From positions 21,743 through 85,742 of the forward strand of contig CADEDH010000003.1 in assembly GCA_902826025.1 (NCBI GenBank): DNA of 64,000 nucleotides, read 5' to 3'. Shown one piece after another: positions 37,805 through 46,701 of the stretch. Every line of letters begins with the position of its first letter. Position 1 is the first letter of the stretch. The notes beneath the pieces are model-generated. The model was not told where the DNA came from. It worked only from the letters and a program-made list of their open reading frames with translations, and ran no database searches. Source of the DNA: an uncultured Actinomycetes bacterium. Its GTDB lineage: Bacteria > Actinomycetota > Acidimicrobiia > Acidimicrobiales > SZUA-35. The position numbers and the translations under genes are program-made.

Positions 37805-39090
37805 GCCGCCACCTCCCCGCATCCGGTGCCCACCAGTGGGCCGGCGGCCGTGCGGTGCACGACCTCGGCCACGATGCTCATGCCCTCGGCCAGCTGGACA
37901 TCGGGTGTGGTGAGGGGGGCCAGCACCTTCACCACCTGGTCGCGGGGTCCTGCCGTCTCGATCACCAGGCCCCGCTGGAAGCAGCCGGCGGTCACCGCCG
38001 CCGCCACCTCGGTGGTGCCCACGTCGAGTCCGGCCATCAGGCCCCGGCCCTTCACCCGCCACCCGGGGACCAGGCCGGCCAGCGGTTCGAGGACCGAGCG
38101 CACCAAGCGGGCCCGGCGGTCGACGTCGAGAGTGAGACGATCGTCGGACCAGAACTTCTCCAGAGCCACGGCGGCGGTCACGAAGGCCAGGTTGTTGCCC
38201 CGGAAGGTGCCGTTGTGCTCGCCCGGGCGCCACTGGTCGAGCTCGGGCCGCAGCAGCACCAGCGCCATGGGCAGCCCGAACCCGGAGATCGACTTGGACA
38301 GGGTGACAAGGTCGGGCACCACCCCGGTGCCCTCGAAGCTGAAGAACGGCCCGGTGCGCCCGCACCCGGCCTGGATGTCGTCCACGATCAGCAGGGCACC
38401 CACCCGGCGGGCCAGGTCGGCGATCCGCCGCAGCCAACCGGCCGAGGCCGGATTGAGGCCGCCCTCGCCCTGCACCACCTCCACCAGGAAGGCGGCGGGA
38501 GGGTCGAATCCGCTCGACGGGTCGTCGAGCACGGCCTCCAGCACGGCGGCGGTGTCGACGTCGGGGCCGAGGTAGCCGTCGTAGAAGGCCCGGGTGACGC
38601 CGCTCAGGGGCAGCGGACCGGAGGCGCCCCGGTGGTGGCTGTTCCCGGTGGCGGCCAGGGCGCCGAGGGTGACACCGTGGAACCCGTTGGTGAAGGCCAC
38701 CACGGTGGAGCGCCCGGTCACCTTTCGGGCCAGTTTGATCGCCGCCTCCACCGCGTTGGTGCCGGTGGGCCCGGTGAACTGCACCCGGTAGTCGAGGCCT
38801 CGGGGGCGGAGGATCAGCCGGTCGATCCGATCGAGGAACCGGTCCTTGGCCTCGGTCCGCAGGTCGAGGCCGTGGGTGATGCCCCCGGCGGTCAGGTGGG
38901 CCACGAGGGCGTCGGCCATGTCGGGGTCGTTGTGGCCGTAGTTGAGGGCGGAGCAACCGGCCAGGAAGTCGAGGTAGCGACGGCCGGTGTGGTCGAACAG
39001 CTCGCTGCCGCGGGCCGAGGTGAAGGTGGTGGGGAAGGTGCGGCAGTAGCTACGCACCTCCGACTCGATGGTCGGCTCGACGATGGTCAT
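37801..39090 (-). CDS. diaminobutyrate--2-oxoglutarate transaminase (class III PLP aminotransferase, EctB/Dat/PvdH type)
   Basis: 429 aa. The N-terminus ESEVRSYCRTFPTTFTSARGSELFDHTGRRYLDFLAGCSALNYGHN is typical of DABA aminotransferases. The PLP-Lys context is VTLSKSISGFGLPMA. A strong AGGAGG RBS is present. Confidence 0.85.
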   Translation of the reverse strand: MTIVEPTIESEVRSYCRTFPTTFTSARGSELFDHTGRRYLDFLAGCSALNYGHNDPDMADALVAHLTAGGITHGLDLRTEAKDRFLDRIDRLILRPRGLDYRVQFTGPTGTNAVEAAIKLARKVTGRSTVVAFTNGFHGVTLGALAATGNSHHRGASGPLPLSGVTRAFYDGYLGPDVDTAAVLEAVLDDPSSGFDPPAAFLVEVVQGEGGLNPASAGWLRRIADLARRVGALLIVDDIQAGCGRTGPFFSFEGTGVVPDLVTLSKSISGFGLPMALVLLRPELDQWRPGEHNGTFRGNNLAFVTAAVALEKFWSDDRLTLDVDRRARLVRSVLEPLAGLVPGWRVKGRGLMAGLDVGTTEVAAAVTAGCFQRGLVIETAGPRDQVVKVLAPLTTPDVQLAEGMSIVAEVVHRTAAGPLVGTGCGEVAA

Positions 39091-39190
39091 GGGAGCGCCT
39101 CCTGGGCCGGAACGGTGCGAAGAGCCCCTTCATCGTCGGTTGCCGTCGGCTAAGACGGTGCTAAGCCCGCCCGAAGGAGGGGTCAGCAAT

Positions 39191-39211
39191 GGTCGTAGTA
39201 CCGGGTCGTAG
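39191..39211. promoter_or_regulatory. direct repeat GGTCGTAG-n5-GGTCGTAG upstream of the aminotransferase-NRPS operon
   Basis: Two perfect 8-mers with 13-bp periodicity lie about 100-120 bp upstream of the operon start codon at 39090, inside the 323-bp intergenic region. Confidence 0.3.
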
Positions 39212-39413
39212 ACCCTGCACCGCCAACCTGCGCCCGTGACGATCCGGACCGAGTTGCTGGGCACCGAGATCACCTGGATCGAGGGCCGTCACCGTACTGG
39301 GGCAGCTTCAACATGGGCGGCCGGGAGATGGGCGATGCCCTGGCCCCTCTGATCCCCGGCGGGCGCTACCACTGCGCCCAGGTGGGCCACTGGGTCCGGG
39401 GCGGCTCCCGGTC

Positions 39414-40334
39414 TCAGCTCCGAGGCCGGATGACGGCCAGCACGCACAGACCGGTGCTGGTGGCGCAGGGGCTGAGCGAGATCTCGACCGGTAGCTCGAC
39501 GCCATCGGACCGGAGGGCCACCAGATCGAGACCGGAGGCCACCGACCGGGGCACCGGATCGTCCACGTAGCGCTGGCGGCTGCGCATGTGATCCTCCCGC
39601 CAGCGGTGCGGTAGCAGCACCTCGATCGGGCGGCCGACGAGCTGGGCCGGCGTGTAGCCGAGCAGCTCGCACAGCCGCTCGTTGCACTGCAGGATCGTGC
39701 CGGTGCCGTCGACGGCCACGATGCCCTCGGACCCCGCCCCCAGCAGGGCCGACGCCATCTCGTCGGTCAGGAGGTGGCGGACGCCGTCGCCCGCCGCCCG
39801 AGCTTCGAAGATCCGTGAGAGGGCGAGAGCAGCGACGTCGGCCAGGGTACGGATGTAGTCGCGCTCGGGCTCGTCGAACACCGGTGGGCGGGAGAACGAC
39901 AGGGTGAACGCACCGAAGGGCCGGCCCCGGCCGAGCAGGGGGATGACCACCCAGCCCTGCGACGCCGGCGAGGCGAGGCGAAGGTCGGCGAAGCGTCGCA
40001 ACCCCTCCTCCCGGTTGGGGATCCAGATCTCCTCCGCCTCCCGGATCGCCTGGCATGCCGGGTTGGCCCGATCCAGGGGCATCGACTCGCGACCGGCGTC
40101 CTGCTCCATGCGCCGGATCGACCGGGCCGTCGTTCCCGCCGCCGCCACGGAGCGCACAACATCGCCGTCGACGAACAGCAGACCTACACCGGAGGCGTTC
40201 ATCCCGGCCATGCCCTGCTGTACCACGATCCGCGTGATCTCCTCCGGCCCGATCTCGGAGGTGAAAGCCCGGGCCATCATGGCCAGGCGCTCGTAGCGGT
40301 CTGCCCGCAAGTCGGCGTTCGAGGTCACGGGCAC
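39414..40334 (-). CDS. GAF-PAS sensor protein without recognisable output domain
   Basis: 306 aa. The N-terminal half is GAF-like (GVGLLFVDGDVV...WVVIPLLGRGRPFGAFTLSF). The C-terminal part is a PAS fold (GIVAVDGTGTILQCNERLCELLGYTPAQLVGRPIEVLLP...GVELPVEISLSP). Confidence 0.75.
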   Translation of the reverse strand: MPVTSNADLRADRYERLAMMARAFTSEIGPEEITRIVVQQGMAGMNASGVGLLFVDGDVVRSVAAAGTTARSIRRMEQDAGRESMPLDRANPACQAIREAEEIWIPNREEGLRRFADLRLASPASQGWVVIPLLGRGRPFGAFTLSFSRPPVFDEPERDYIRTLADVAALALSRIFEARAAGDGVRHLLTDEMASALLGAGSEGIVAVDGTGTILQCNERLCELLGYTPAQLVGRPIEVLLPHRWREDHMRSRQRYVDDPVPRSVASGLDLVALRSDGVELPVEISLSPCATSTGLCVLAVIRPRS

Positions 40335-40403
40335 CAGTATCGCAGGGACGAAGCCCGGCGGGTGGGAACAGGTAGCCCCCGCTGCTCGGCTGCGACCCGA
40401 CTG

Positions 40404-40745
40404 TCAGGACACCAGGCGGTGGACCACCGACAGGTTCCACGCCACCACGGCCAGGTAGTAGGTCAGGGCCAGATTGACCAGCAGCCTTGCCTCCCGGGAG
40501 CGGGCCGGGGCGTCGAGGATGCGTCGGCTCAGCAGAGCCAGCACCACCGCCTTCACCGCCACCACCAGCCACCATCGGTGCACGATGGGGGCCAGCACCG
40601 GGTTTCCCTCCGACCCCCCGAGCATCAGGAACCACACCGTGGTGGCCACGTCGGCCCCGTTCAGCACAGCCAGACCGCCGATGCCCCGCAGCCGCTGGGC
40701 CCGCACCCGCTCCACCAGATCCACGATGGCGTGGAGGGCCCCCAC
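40404..40745 (-). CDS. small polytopic membrane protein (DUF5658-like)
   Basis: Hydrophobic, with AVLNGADVATTVWFLMLGGSEGNPVLAPIV, which is the D..T......E.NP motif as I recall it for DUF5658. The start is uncertain: GTG at 40745 or GTG at 40820. Confidence 0.5.
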   Translation of the reverse strand: MGALHAIVDLVERVRAQRLRGIGGLAVLNGADVATTVWFLMLGGSEGNPVLAPIVHRWWLVVAVKAVVLALLSRRILDAPARSREARLLVNLALTYYLAVVAWNLSVVHRLVS

Positions 40746-40827
40746 CAGCTCACGGTGCTCGTCGTCCCGCCCCGCCCGCCGGACCGGGGGTGGCGGCCAG
40801 TTGCGGGGCTGTCCGGTCACGATCCGA

Positions 40828-43332
40828 TCACGGGCCGGCCTCGGCCAGCAGGAGGCCAGACGGGGCGGCACCCGCACCGGTCCACCACCGCTCGAGATCG
40901 GGCGCCGGCACGGGCCGGCTGAACAGATAGCCCTGGCCCAGCTTGCACACCATCTGTTCGAGCATCACCCGGGCGGTCACCGTCTCGACGCCTTCCGCCA
41001 CCACGTCGAGCTTCAAGCTCCGGCCCAGGTCGACGATCGCTCGCACCACGGTCTCGGCCGTGCGGTCCACCCCGAGGCCCTGGGTGAACGAGCGGTCGAT
41101 CTTCAGCTTGTCGAGGGGGAGGCTGGTGAGGTGACTGAGCGACGAGTGGCCGGTGCCGAAGTCGTCGATGGCCACCCGCATGTCCATGGCCCGGAGCTGG
41201 GCCATCACCGAGGCGGCGAGGCCGGCGTTGGCCATGATCGTGGTCTCGGTCAGCTCCACCTCCAACAGGTGGGCCGGGAGGCCGGCCGTGGCCAGCATGC
41301 GCCGGATGCGGGGCACGAGGTCGGCCTCGGTCAGGTTCCGGGCCGACACGTTCACCGCCACCCGCAGCGGGTGCCCGGCGCGGTACCAGGCGGCGGCCTG
41401 ATCGATGGCCAGCTCCAGCACCCGGTTGGTCAGGGGGTGGATGAGGTCGGTCCGCTCCGCCACCTCCACGAACTCGGCCGGCGGCACGGCGCCCCGTCCG
41501 GGATCGTCCCACCGGGCCAGGGCCTCCACCGCCACCAGGCGGCCCGTGGCCAGGTCGATCTGGGGCTGGTAGTGGAGCCGGATACCGCCGGCGTCGATGG
41601 CCGAGCGGAGGCGGGCCGCCATGGCCAGACGCTTCGGGCTGTAGTGATCGCGGTCGGCGGCGTACACCTCCACCCCGGTGTGGGCGGTCTTGGCGTTGTA
41701 CATGGCCACGTCGGCCCGGCGCAGCAGCTCGTCGCCGTCGAGCGGGGCGGTGGCCAGGGCGATGCCGATGCTGGCGTCGATGTCCACGTCGACCGACTGC
41801 ACGGCGTAGGGCGCCCGCAGGTGGTCGAGCACGAGGCGGGCCCGGTCGGCGGCGTCGATCTCACCCCGGGCCATGATCTGGAGCACGAACTCGTCGCCCC
41901 CCAGCCGGGCCAGCAGCTCGCCGCCCCGCAACACCGGCTGGAGGCGCTTGCCGATCTCCATGAGCAGCTTGTCGCCGCAGGCGTGGCCCAGGGTGTCGTT
42001 GACCTCCTTGAACCGCTCCAGGTCGATGAGCAGTACCGCCACCTCGGTGCCGGGGGCCACCGCCTCCAGATGACGGGTGAACAGCGTGCGGTTGGCCAGA
42101 CCGGTGAGCGGGTCGTGGGTGGCCTGGAACTCGAGGCTGGTCGACTCGGCCCGGAGCTCCTCGATCAGGGTCAGGTTCCGGGCGGCCACGGCGGCGTGGG
42201 CGCACAGGGTGCCGAAGATGCGGACGTCGTCGGCGTCGAAGTCCCGCACCGCACCGGCCCGGTCGCCCACCCCCAGGACGAGGAGGCTGCCATCGGCCAG
42301 GTGCAGGGGGCCGACGATGGCCTGGCCGACGCCGAGGGCGGCCAGCTCGTCGCCCCGCGGCCCGGCCGAACCGATCAGCTCCGGGCCGCCCCGGCTCACC
42401 CGAGCCGCCGTCGCCGTGTCGAAGGAGGTGAGGTCGGCCACCGTGGCTCCGCCGTGGCTGGTGAGCAGCGTGCGCCGACCCTCCGCCGGGCGGCACAGCC
42501 ATGCCTGCTCGGCGTGCATGACGTCGGCCACCCGGGCCAGCAGCCGACGGTCGAAGTCGCCGGTGGCCGTCTCGCGGCCCAGCTCCCGGGCGAAGCTGTC
42601 GAGGCGGAGCATGCTCCGGTAGCGGTTGGCCAGGCGGGCGAAGCGGTGGGTCAGGGCGACGGCGAACACGCCGAGGGGGATCAGCAGCCACACTTCGGCC
42701 GACGCGGCGTGCAGCTCGGTCGCCACGTGCAAGGCGTAGGACGAGTCGATGGCGGCCACCACCAGGGGCAGCCACACCCCCGACAGGAACGACCGGTCCC
42801 ACGAACGCTGGAACAGGCTGATGGCGATCGTCACCACCAGGCCGCCGATCAGGTCGGCCCCCACCACAGCCAGGGCCGTCACCGGCCACGCCCCCAGGCC
42901 CAGCCCCGGCGGTAGGCCCAGGGCGGCCATCAGCAGGCCCGCCAACAGGATCTCGATGGTGTGGGAAGTCAGGTTGACGGCCAACTTGGTGCCGCCCTGA
43001 CGGTGCACGCCGGCCAGCACCAGCAACGACGACACCACCCGGAGCAGCACAACGATCTGGAGCGGCAACAGCAGCAGCCCGATCACCAGCGGTACCGAGG
43101 TGAAGGTGAAGGTATGGGTGTCGTTGCGGAGCTCGATCTCCACCGACCACAGCTCGGCCCCGGCGTAGAGGGCCAGCACCAGCACCGCCACCACCCACGA
43201 TCCGATCGCCGGCACCATCGGGGCTGGCGGGGCGATCCCCAGGAGCAGCCCGCACAACGCCACCAGCACGGTGGCGAAGAGCTGGACGTGCAGAGGTCCG
43301 GCGTCGGTGGATCGAGGTGCCATGAGCCGCAC
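40828..43332 (-). CDS. membrane-bound GGDEF-EAL (diguanylate cyclase/phosphodiesterase) signalling protein
   Basis: 834 aa. The N-terminal domain has about 8 TM helices, followed by a GAF-like linker region. GGDEF elements are RLGGDEFVL and the upstream DLERFKEVNDTLGH. EAL elements are VEALARW, NVSARNL, ELTET and DDFGTGHSSLS. Confidence 0.9.
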   Translation of the reverse strand: MRLMAPRSTDAGPLHVQLFATVLVALCGLLLGIAPPAPMVPAIGSWVVAVLVLALYAGAELWSVEIELRNDTHTFTFTSVPLVIGLLLLPLQIVVLLRVVSSLLVLAGVHRQGGTKLAVNLTSHTIEILLAGLLMAALGLPPGLGLGAWPVTALAVVGADLIGGLVVTIAISLFQRSWDRSFLSGVWLPLVVAAIDSSYALHVATELHAASAEVWLLIPLGVFAVALTHRFARLANRYRSMLRLDSFARELGRETATGDFDRRLLARVADVMHAEQAWLCRPAEGRRTLLTSHGGATVADLTSFDTATAARVSRGGPELIGSAGPRGDELAALGVGQAIVGPLHLADGSLLVLGVGDRAGAVRDFDADDVRIFGTLCAHAAVAARNLTLIEELRAESTSLEFQATHDPLTGLANRTLFTRHLEAVAPGTEVAVLLIDLERFKEVNDTLGHACGDKLLMEIGKRLQPVLRGGELLARLGGDEFVLQIMARGEIDAADRARLVLDHLRAPYAVQSVDVDIDASIGIALATAPLDGDELLRRADVAMYNAKTAHTGVEVYAADRDHYSPKRLAMAARLRSAIDAGGIRLHYQPQIDLATGRLVAVEALARWDDPGRGAVPPAEFVEVAERTDLIHPLTNRVLELAIDQAAAWYRAGHPLRVAVNVSARNLTEADLVPRIRRMLATAGLPAHLLEVELTETTIMANAGLAASVMAQLRAMDMRVAIDDFGTGHSSLSHLTSLPLDKLKIDRSFTQGLGVDRTAETVVRAIVDLGRSLKLDVVAEGVETVTARVMLEQMVCKLGQGYLFSRPVPAPDLERWWTGAGAAPSGLLLAEAGP

Positions 43333-43490
43333 CGGTCATCGGCCGGTTCCGCCCCGCCCTGAAGGCCGGAGCCGGCCCGGCGGGCCACAACGAGCCGGTC
43401 GACCCATACAGCGGGGCCCGCACCTGGCCGATAGCCCTACCTGCCGCCCCATCCGACGCCATCGAGGTTGACACCCATGAGGTTGACACT

Positions 43491-45026
43491 GTGAACGACC
43501 GCTCGCCCGGCATGCTCCCCGACGGCTGGCGGTGGTCGCCCCCCCGACGCCGGGGGCCCCTCAGCGGCGTGGTGCTGGCTGTGCTGCTGGTGCTGTCGGC
43601 CGGCGTGGCCAGCAACACCTACGATCCCACCGCCGCCAACTACGGCACCAGCCTGAAGACGGCGTTGAACAGCGGATCGTCGTTCACCGAGTGGAACTCG
43701 ACCCGCAACATCCTTCGTACCGAGGTGAAGAGGGCGATCGGGATCCCGCTGACCGCCGCCCTGACCGGCGGCCCCACCGGCAAGGGCATCGACGTGGCCG
43801 TGATCGACACCGGCGTGGCTCCGGTGAGATACCTCGACTCGGCCGAGGCCGTGGTCAACGGGCCCGACCTGTCTCTCGACCGCCAGCTGGGGTTGCCCAC
43901 CGCGGTGGACGCCTATGGCCACGGCACCCATCTGGCCGGCATCATCGCCGGGCGGGACGCCGGGGTGGCCCCCGGCTCCCGGATCGTGAACCTGAAGGTG
44001 GGAGCGGCCGATGGGGCGGTGGACGTGTCACAGGTGATCGCCGCCATCGACTGGGTGGTGACCCACCGGGCCGACCCCGGCTTCAACATCCGGGTCATCA
44101 ACCTGGCCTACGGCACCGACAGCACGCAGAGCTACCTCAACAGCCCCCTCACCCACGCCGTCGAGTCGGCGTGGCGGGCCGGGATCGTGGTGGTGGTGGC
44201 CTCCGGGAACAGCGGCGGGGCGTTGGCCATGCCGGCCACCGATCCCTTCGTGCTCACGGTCGGGGCGGCCGACATCAACGATCCGCTGCAGACCAGCGAC
44301 GACGTGGTGGCCCCCTACTCGGCCGTGGGCACCACCGCCCGGGGGGTCGACCTGCTCGCTCCCGGCACCTCGATCACGAGCTTGCGGGTGCCGGGCGGCT
44401 ACGTCGACACCGCCTACCCCGAGTCGCGCTTCAACTTCGCCGGGACCACCTATGCCAAAGGGTCCGGCACCTCCCAGGCCGCCGCCGTGGTCTCCGGAGT
44501 GGTGGCCCTGGTGCTCCAGGCTCATCCGGAGATGAACCCCGATCAGGTGAAGGCGCTGCTCAAGAGCACGGCCCGGCCTCTGGCCGGCGCCCCGGCCGAC
44601 GCCCAGGGGGCGGGCCTGATCGATGTGGCCGGCGCCTTGGCGGCCAAGGTGCCGTCGGCCAGCAGCGTCAAGCAGCGGTGGAAGGCGTCCACCGGCACGG
44701 GCCCGCTCGAGGCGTCCCGGGGCGACGCCCACCTGGTGGCCGACGACGGCACCGTGCTGGCCGGCGAGATCGATCTGCTGGGCCAGCCGTGGAAGGGGTC
44801 GATCTGGGCCCCGCTGTCCACCACCGGCACGGCGTGGAAGGGCGGCACCTGGAACGGCAACGTGTGGGCCGGCACCGACTTCGAGCCGTCACTGACCGTG
44901 GACGGGGTGGTCTGGACCGGCCGGACCTGGCGCAGCGCCACCTGGACCGGCCGCACCTGGCGGGCCGACCTGTGGCTCGGTCATACCTGGTACGGGCGGA
45001 CCTGGCGCTCCGACGGCTGGGCCTAG
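43491..45026 (+). CDS. secreted S8 (subtilisin-family) serine peptidase with Trp-rich C-terminal repeats
   Basis: 511 aa. It has a signal/TM segment (VVLAVLLVLSAGVAS) and the catalytic triad contexts VAVIDTGV, HGTHLAGIIAG and GTSQAAAVVSG. The C-terminal 80 aa contain repeated TW/VW motifs. The start is GTG or the ATG 21 nt downstream. Confidence 0.9.
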   Translation: MNDRSPGMLPDGWRWSPPRRRGPLSGVVLAVLLVLSAGVASNTYDPTAANYGTSLKTALNSGSSFTEWNSTRNILRTEVKRAIGIPLTAALTGGPTGKGIDVAVIDTGVAPVRYLDSAEAVVNGPDLSLDRQLGLPTAVDAYGHGTHLAGIIAGRDAGVAPGSRIVNLKVGAADGAVDVSQVIAAIDWVVTHRADPGFNIRVINLAYGTDSTQSYLNSPLTHAVESAWRAGIVVVVASGNSGGALAMPATDPFVLTVGAADINDPLQTSDDVVAPYSAVGTTARGVDLLAPGTSITSLRVPGGYVDTAYPESRFNFAGTTYAKGSGTSQAAAVVSGVVALVLQAHPEMNPDQVKALLKSTARPLAGAPADAQGAGLIDVAGALAAKVPSASSVKQRWKASTGTGPLEASRGDAHLVADDGTVLAGEIDLLGQPWKGSIWAPLSTTGTAWKGGTWNGNVWAGTDFEPSLTVDGVVWTGRTWRSATWTGRTWRADLWLGHTWYGRTWRSDGWA

Positions 45027-45056
45027 GTCGCCGTAGGCAACTACCCTCTTCCGATC

Positions 45057-46676
45057 ATGACTACTGAGGAACGCCACCACGAGGTCATCGTTCTGGGGGC
45101 CGGGGTGTCCGGCATCTACCAGATCAAGAAGCTGGTCGATCTGGGGATCGACGCCATCGTGCTCGAGGGCGACGAAGACCTGGGCGGCACCTGGTACCGC
45201 AACCGCTATCCCGGGGCCCGATTCGACTCCGAGAGCTACACCTACGGCTACTCGTTCTCGAAGGAGCTGCTCGACGAGTGGCACTGGAGCGAACGCTTCT
45301 CGCCCCAGCCCGAGAACCTGCGGTACCTGAACCATGTGGCCGACAAGTTCGACCTTCGGCGCCACATGCGCTTCGACTGCCGGGTCGAGACCATGACCTG
45401 GAACGAAGCCGAGCGCCAGTGGCGCCTCGATCTGACCGACGGCACGAGCTACACGGCCCGGTTCGTGATCACCAGCCTCGGCCCGCTGTCGGCCCCCACC
45501 CTGCCTCGCTACGAGGGGATGGACGAGTTCCAGGGTCTGGCTTTTCACACCTGGGCCTGGCCCAAGGAGCCGGTGGAGCTGGCGGGCAAGCGGGTGGGCG
45601 TGATCGGCACGGGGGCCACCGGGATCCAGGTCATCGCCGAGATCGCCGACAAGGTGGCCGACCTCACTGTGTTCCAGCGGCGGCCCAACTGGAGCACGCC
45701 GCTCAACAACTCGCCGATCTCGGCCGAGGAGATGGACCAGATCCGGGCCCGCTACGACGAGATCTTCGACAACTGCTCCAAGTCACCAGGCGGGTTCGAG
45801 CACGTGCCCGACCGCCGCGGGTTCTGGAACCTCACGGCCGAGGAGCGCCGGGCGTTCTGGGACGAGCTGTACGCCCAGCCCGGGTTCGCCATCCTGGCCG
45901 GCAACTTCATGGAGATCTTCCTCGACGAGGAGGCCAACCGGGAGGTTTCGGAGTACATCGCCGACCGGATCCGCCAGCGGGTGACCGACCCGGTGGTGGC
46001 CGAGAAGCTGATCCCCAAGGATCACGGCTTCGGCGGGCAGCGCCTGCCGCTGGAGACCCGGTACTTCGAGGCCTACAACCGGGACAACGTGCACCTGGTG
46101 AGCCTGCAGGACACGCCGATCGAGCGGTTCACCCCCACCGGCATCCAGACCACAGCCGGCCATCACGACCTCGACATCATCGTGTACGCCACCGGGTTCG
46201 ACGCCATCACCGGCGCCTACGACCGCATCGACATCCGCGGCGTCGGCGGCCAGACCCTGCGCGACAAGTGGAGCGACGGCCCGTCCACGTTCTACGGCGT
46301 GCTGACCACCGGGTTCCCCAACCTGTTCATGGTGGCCGGGCCCCAGAGCGTGTCGGGTTCGACCAACTTCCCCCGGGCCATCGAGGGCGGGGTCGACTGG
46401 GTCACCGGGCTGCTCCAGCACGCTCGGGACGCCGGCCGGACCCGGGTCGAGGCCGAGGCCGACGCCGAGGAGGAGTGGGTCCGAGAGGTGGTGAAAGCCC
46501 ATGAGCGGATGCTGTTCCGCCGCTCCAAGGGCTGGTTCACCGGCTACAACTCCAACGTGGCCGGTCACCAGGAGGGCAAGATCCGATACCAGGCGTACTT
46601 CGGCGGCGCTCCCAAGTACAACGCCATGGCCAACCAGGTGGTGGCCGACGGTTACCGGGGCGTCGCTCTGAGCTGA
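45057..46676 (+). CDS. Baeyer-Villiger monooxygenase (second paralogue)
   Basis: 539 aa. Motifs seen: VLGAGVSGIY, GGTWYRNRYPGARFD, the fingerprint FQGLAFHTWAWP and VIGTGATGIQ. Confidence 0.9.
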   Translation: MTTEERHHEVIVLGAGVSGIYQIKKLVDLGIDAIVLEGDEDLGGTWYRNRYPGARFDSESYTYGYSFSKELLDEWHWSERFSPQPENLRYLNHVADKFDLRRHMRFDCRVETMTWNEAERQWRLDLTDGTSYTARFVITSLGPLSAPTLPRYEGMDEFQGLAFHTWAWPKEPVELAGKRVGVIGTGATGIQVIAEIADKVADLTVFQRRPNWSTPLNNSPISAEEMDQIRARYDEIFDNCSKSPGGFEHVPDRRGFWNLTAEERRAFWDELYAQPGFAILAGNFMEIFLDEEANREVSEYIADRIRQRVTDPVVAEKLIPKDHGFGGQRLPLETRYFEAYNRDNVHLVSLQDTPIERFTPTGIQTTAGHHDLDIIVYATGFDAITGAYDRIDIRGVGGQTLRDKWSDGPSTFYGVLTTGFPNLFMVAGPQSVSGSTNFPRAIEGGVDWVTGLLQHARDAGRTRVEAEADAEEEWVREVVKAHERMLFRRSKGWFTGYNSNVAGHQEGKIRYQAYFGGAPKYNAMANQVVADGYRGVALS

Positions 46677-46701
46677 ACCGGGCGCCCCGGCCGGGCCGGC
46701 G

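Noticed and set aside
32685-39090. Ectoine (ectABC) or pyoverdine-type siderophore locus, on account of the DABA aminotransferase
   Set aside because: No EctA acetyltransferase or EctC synthase is present. There is no multi-module NRPS with C domains and no siderophore transport genes. The only partners are the Pls-type synthetase and the cupin protein.
39091-39300. Riboswitch (for example lysine or other amino-acid sensing) in the NRPS operon leader
   Set aside because: Reading the reverse complement, I could not find conserved cores of any riboswitch class I know. Only short repeats and a small hairpin are present. An Rfam scan is needed.
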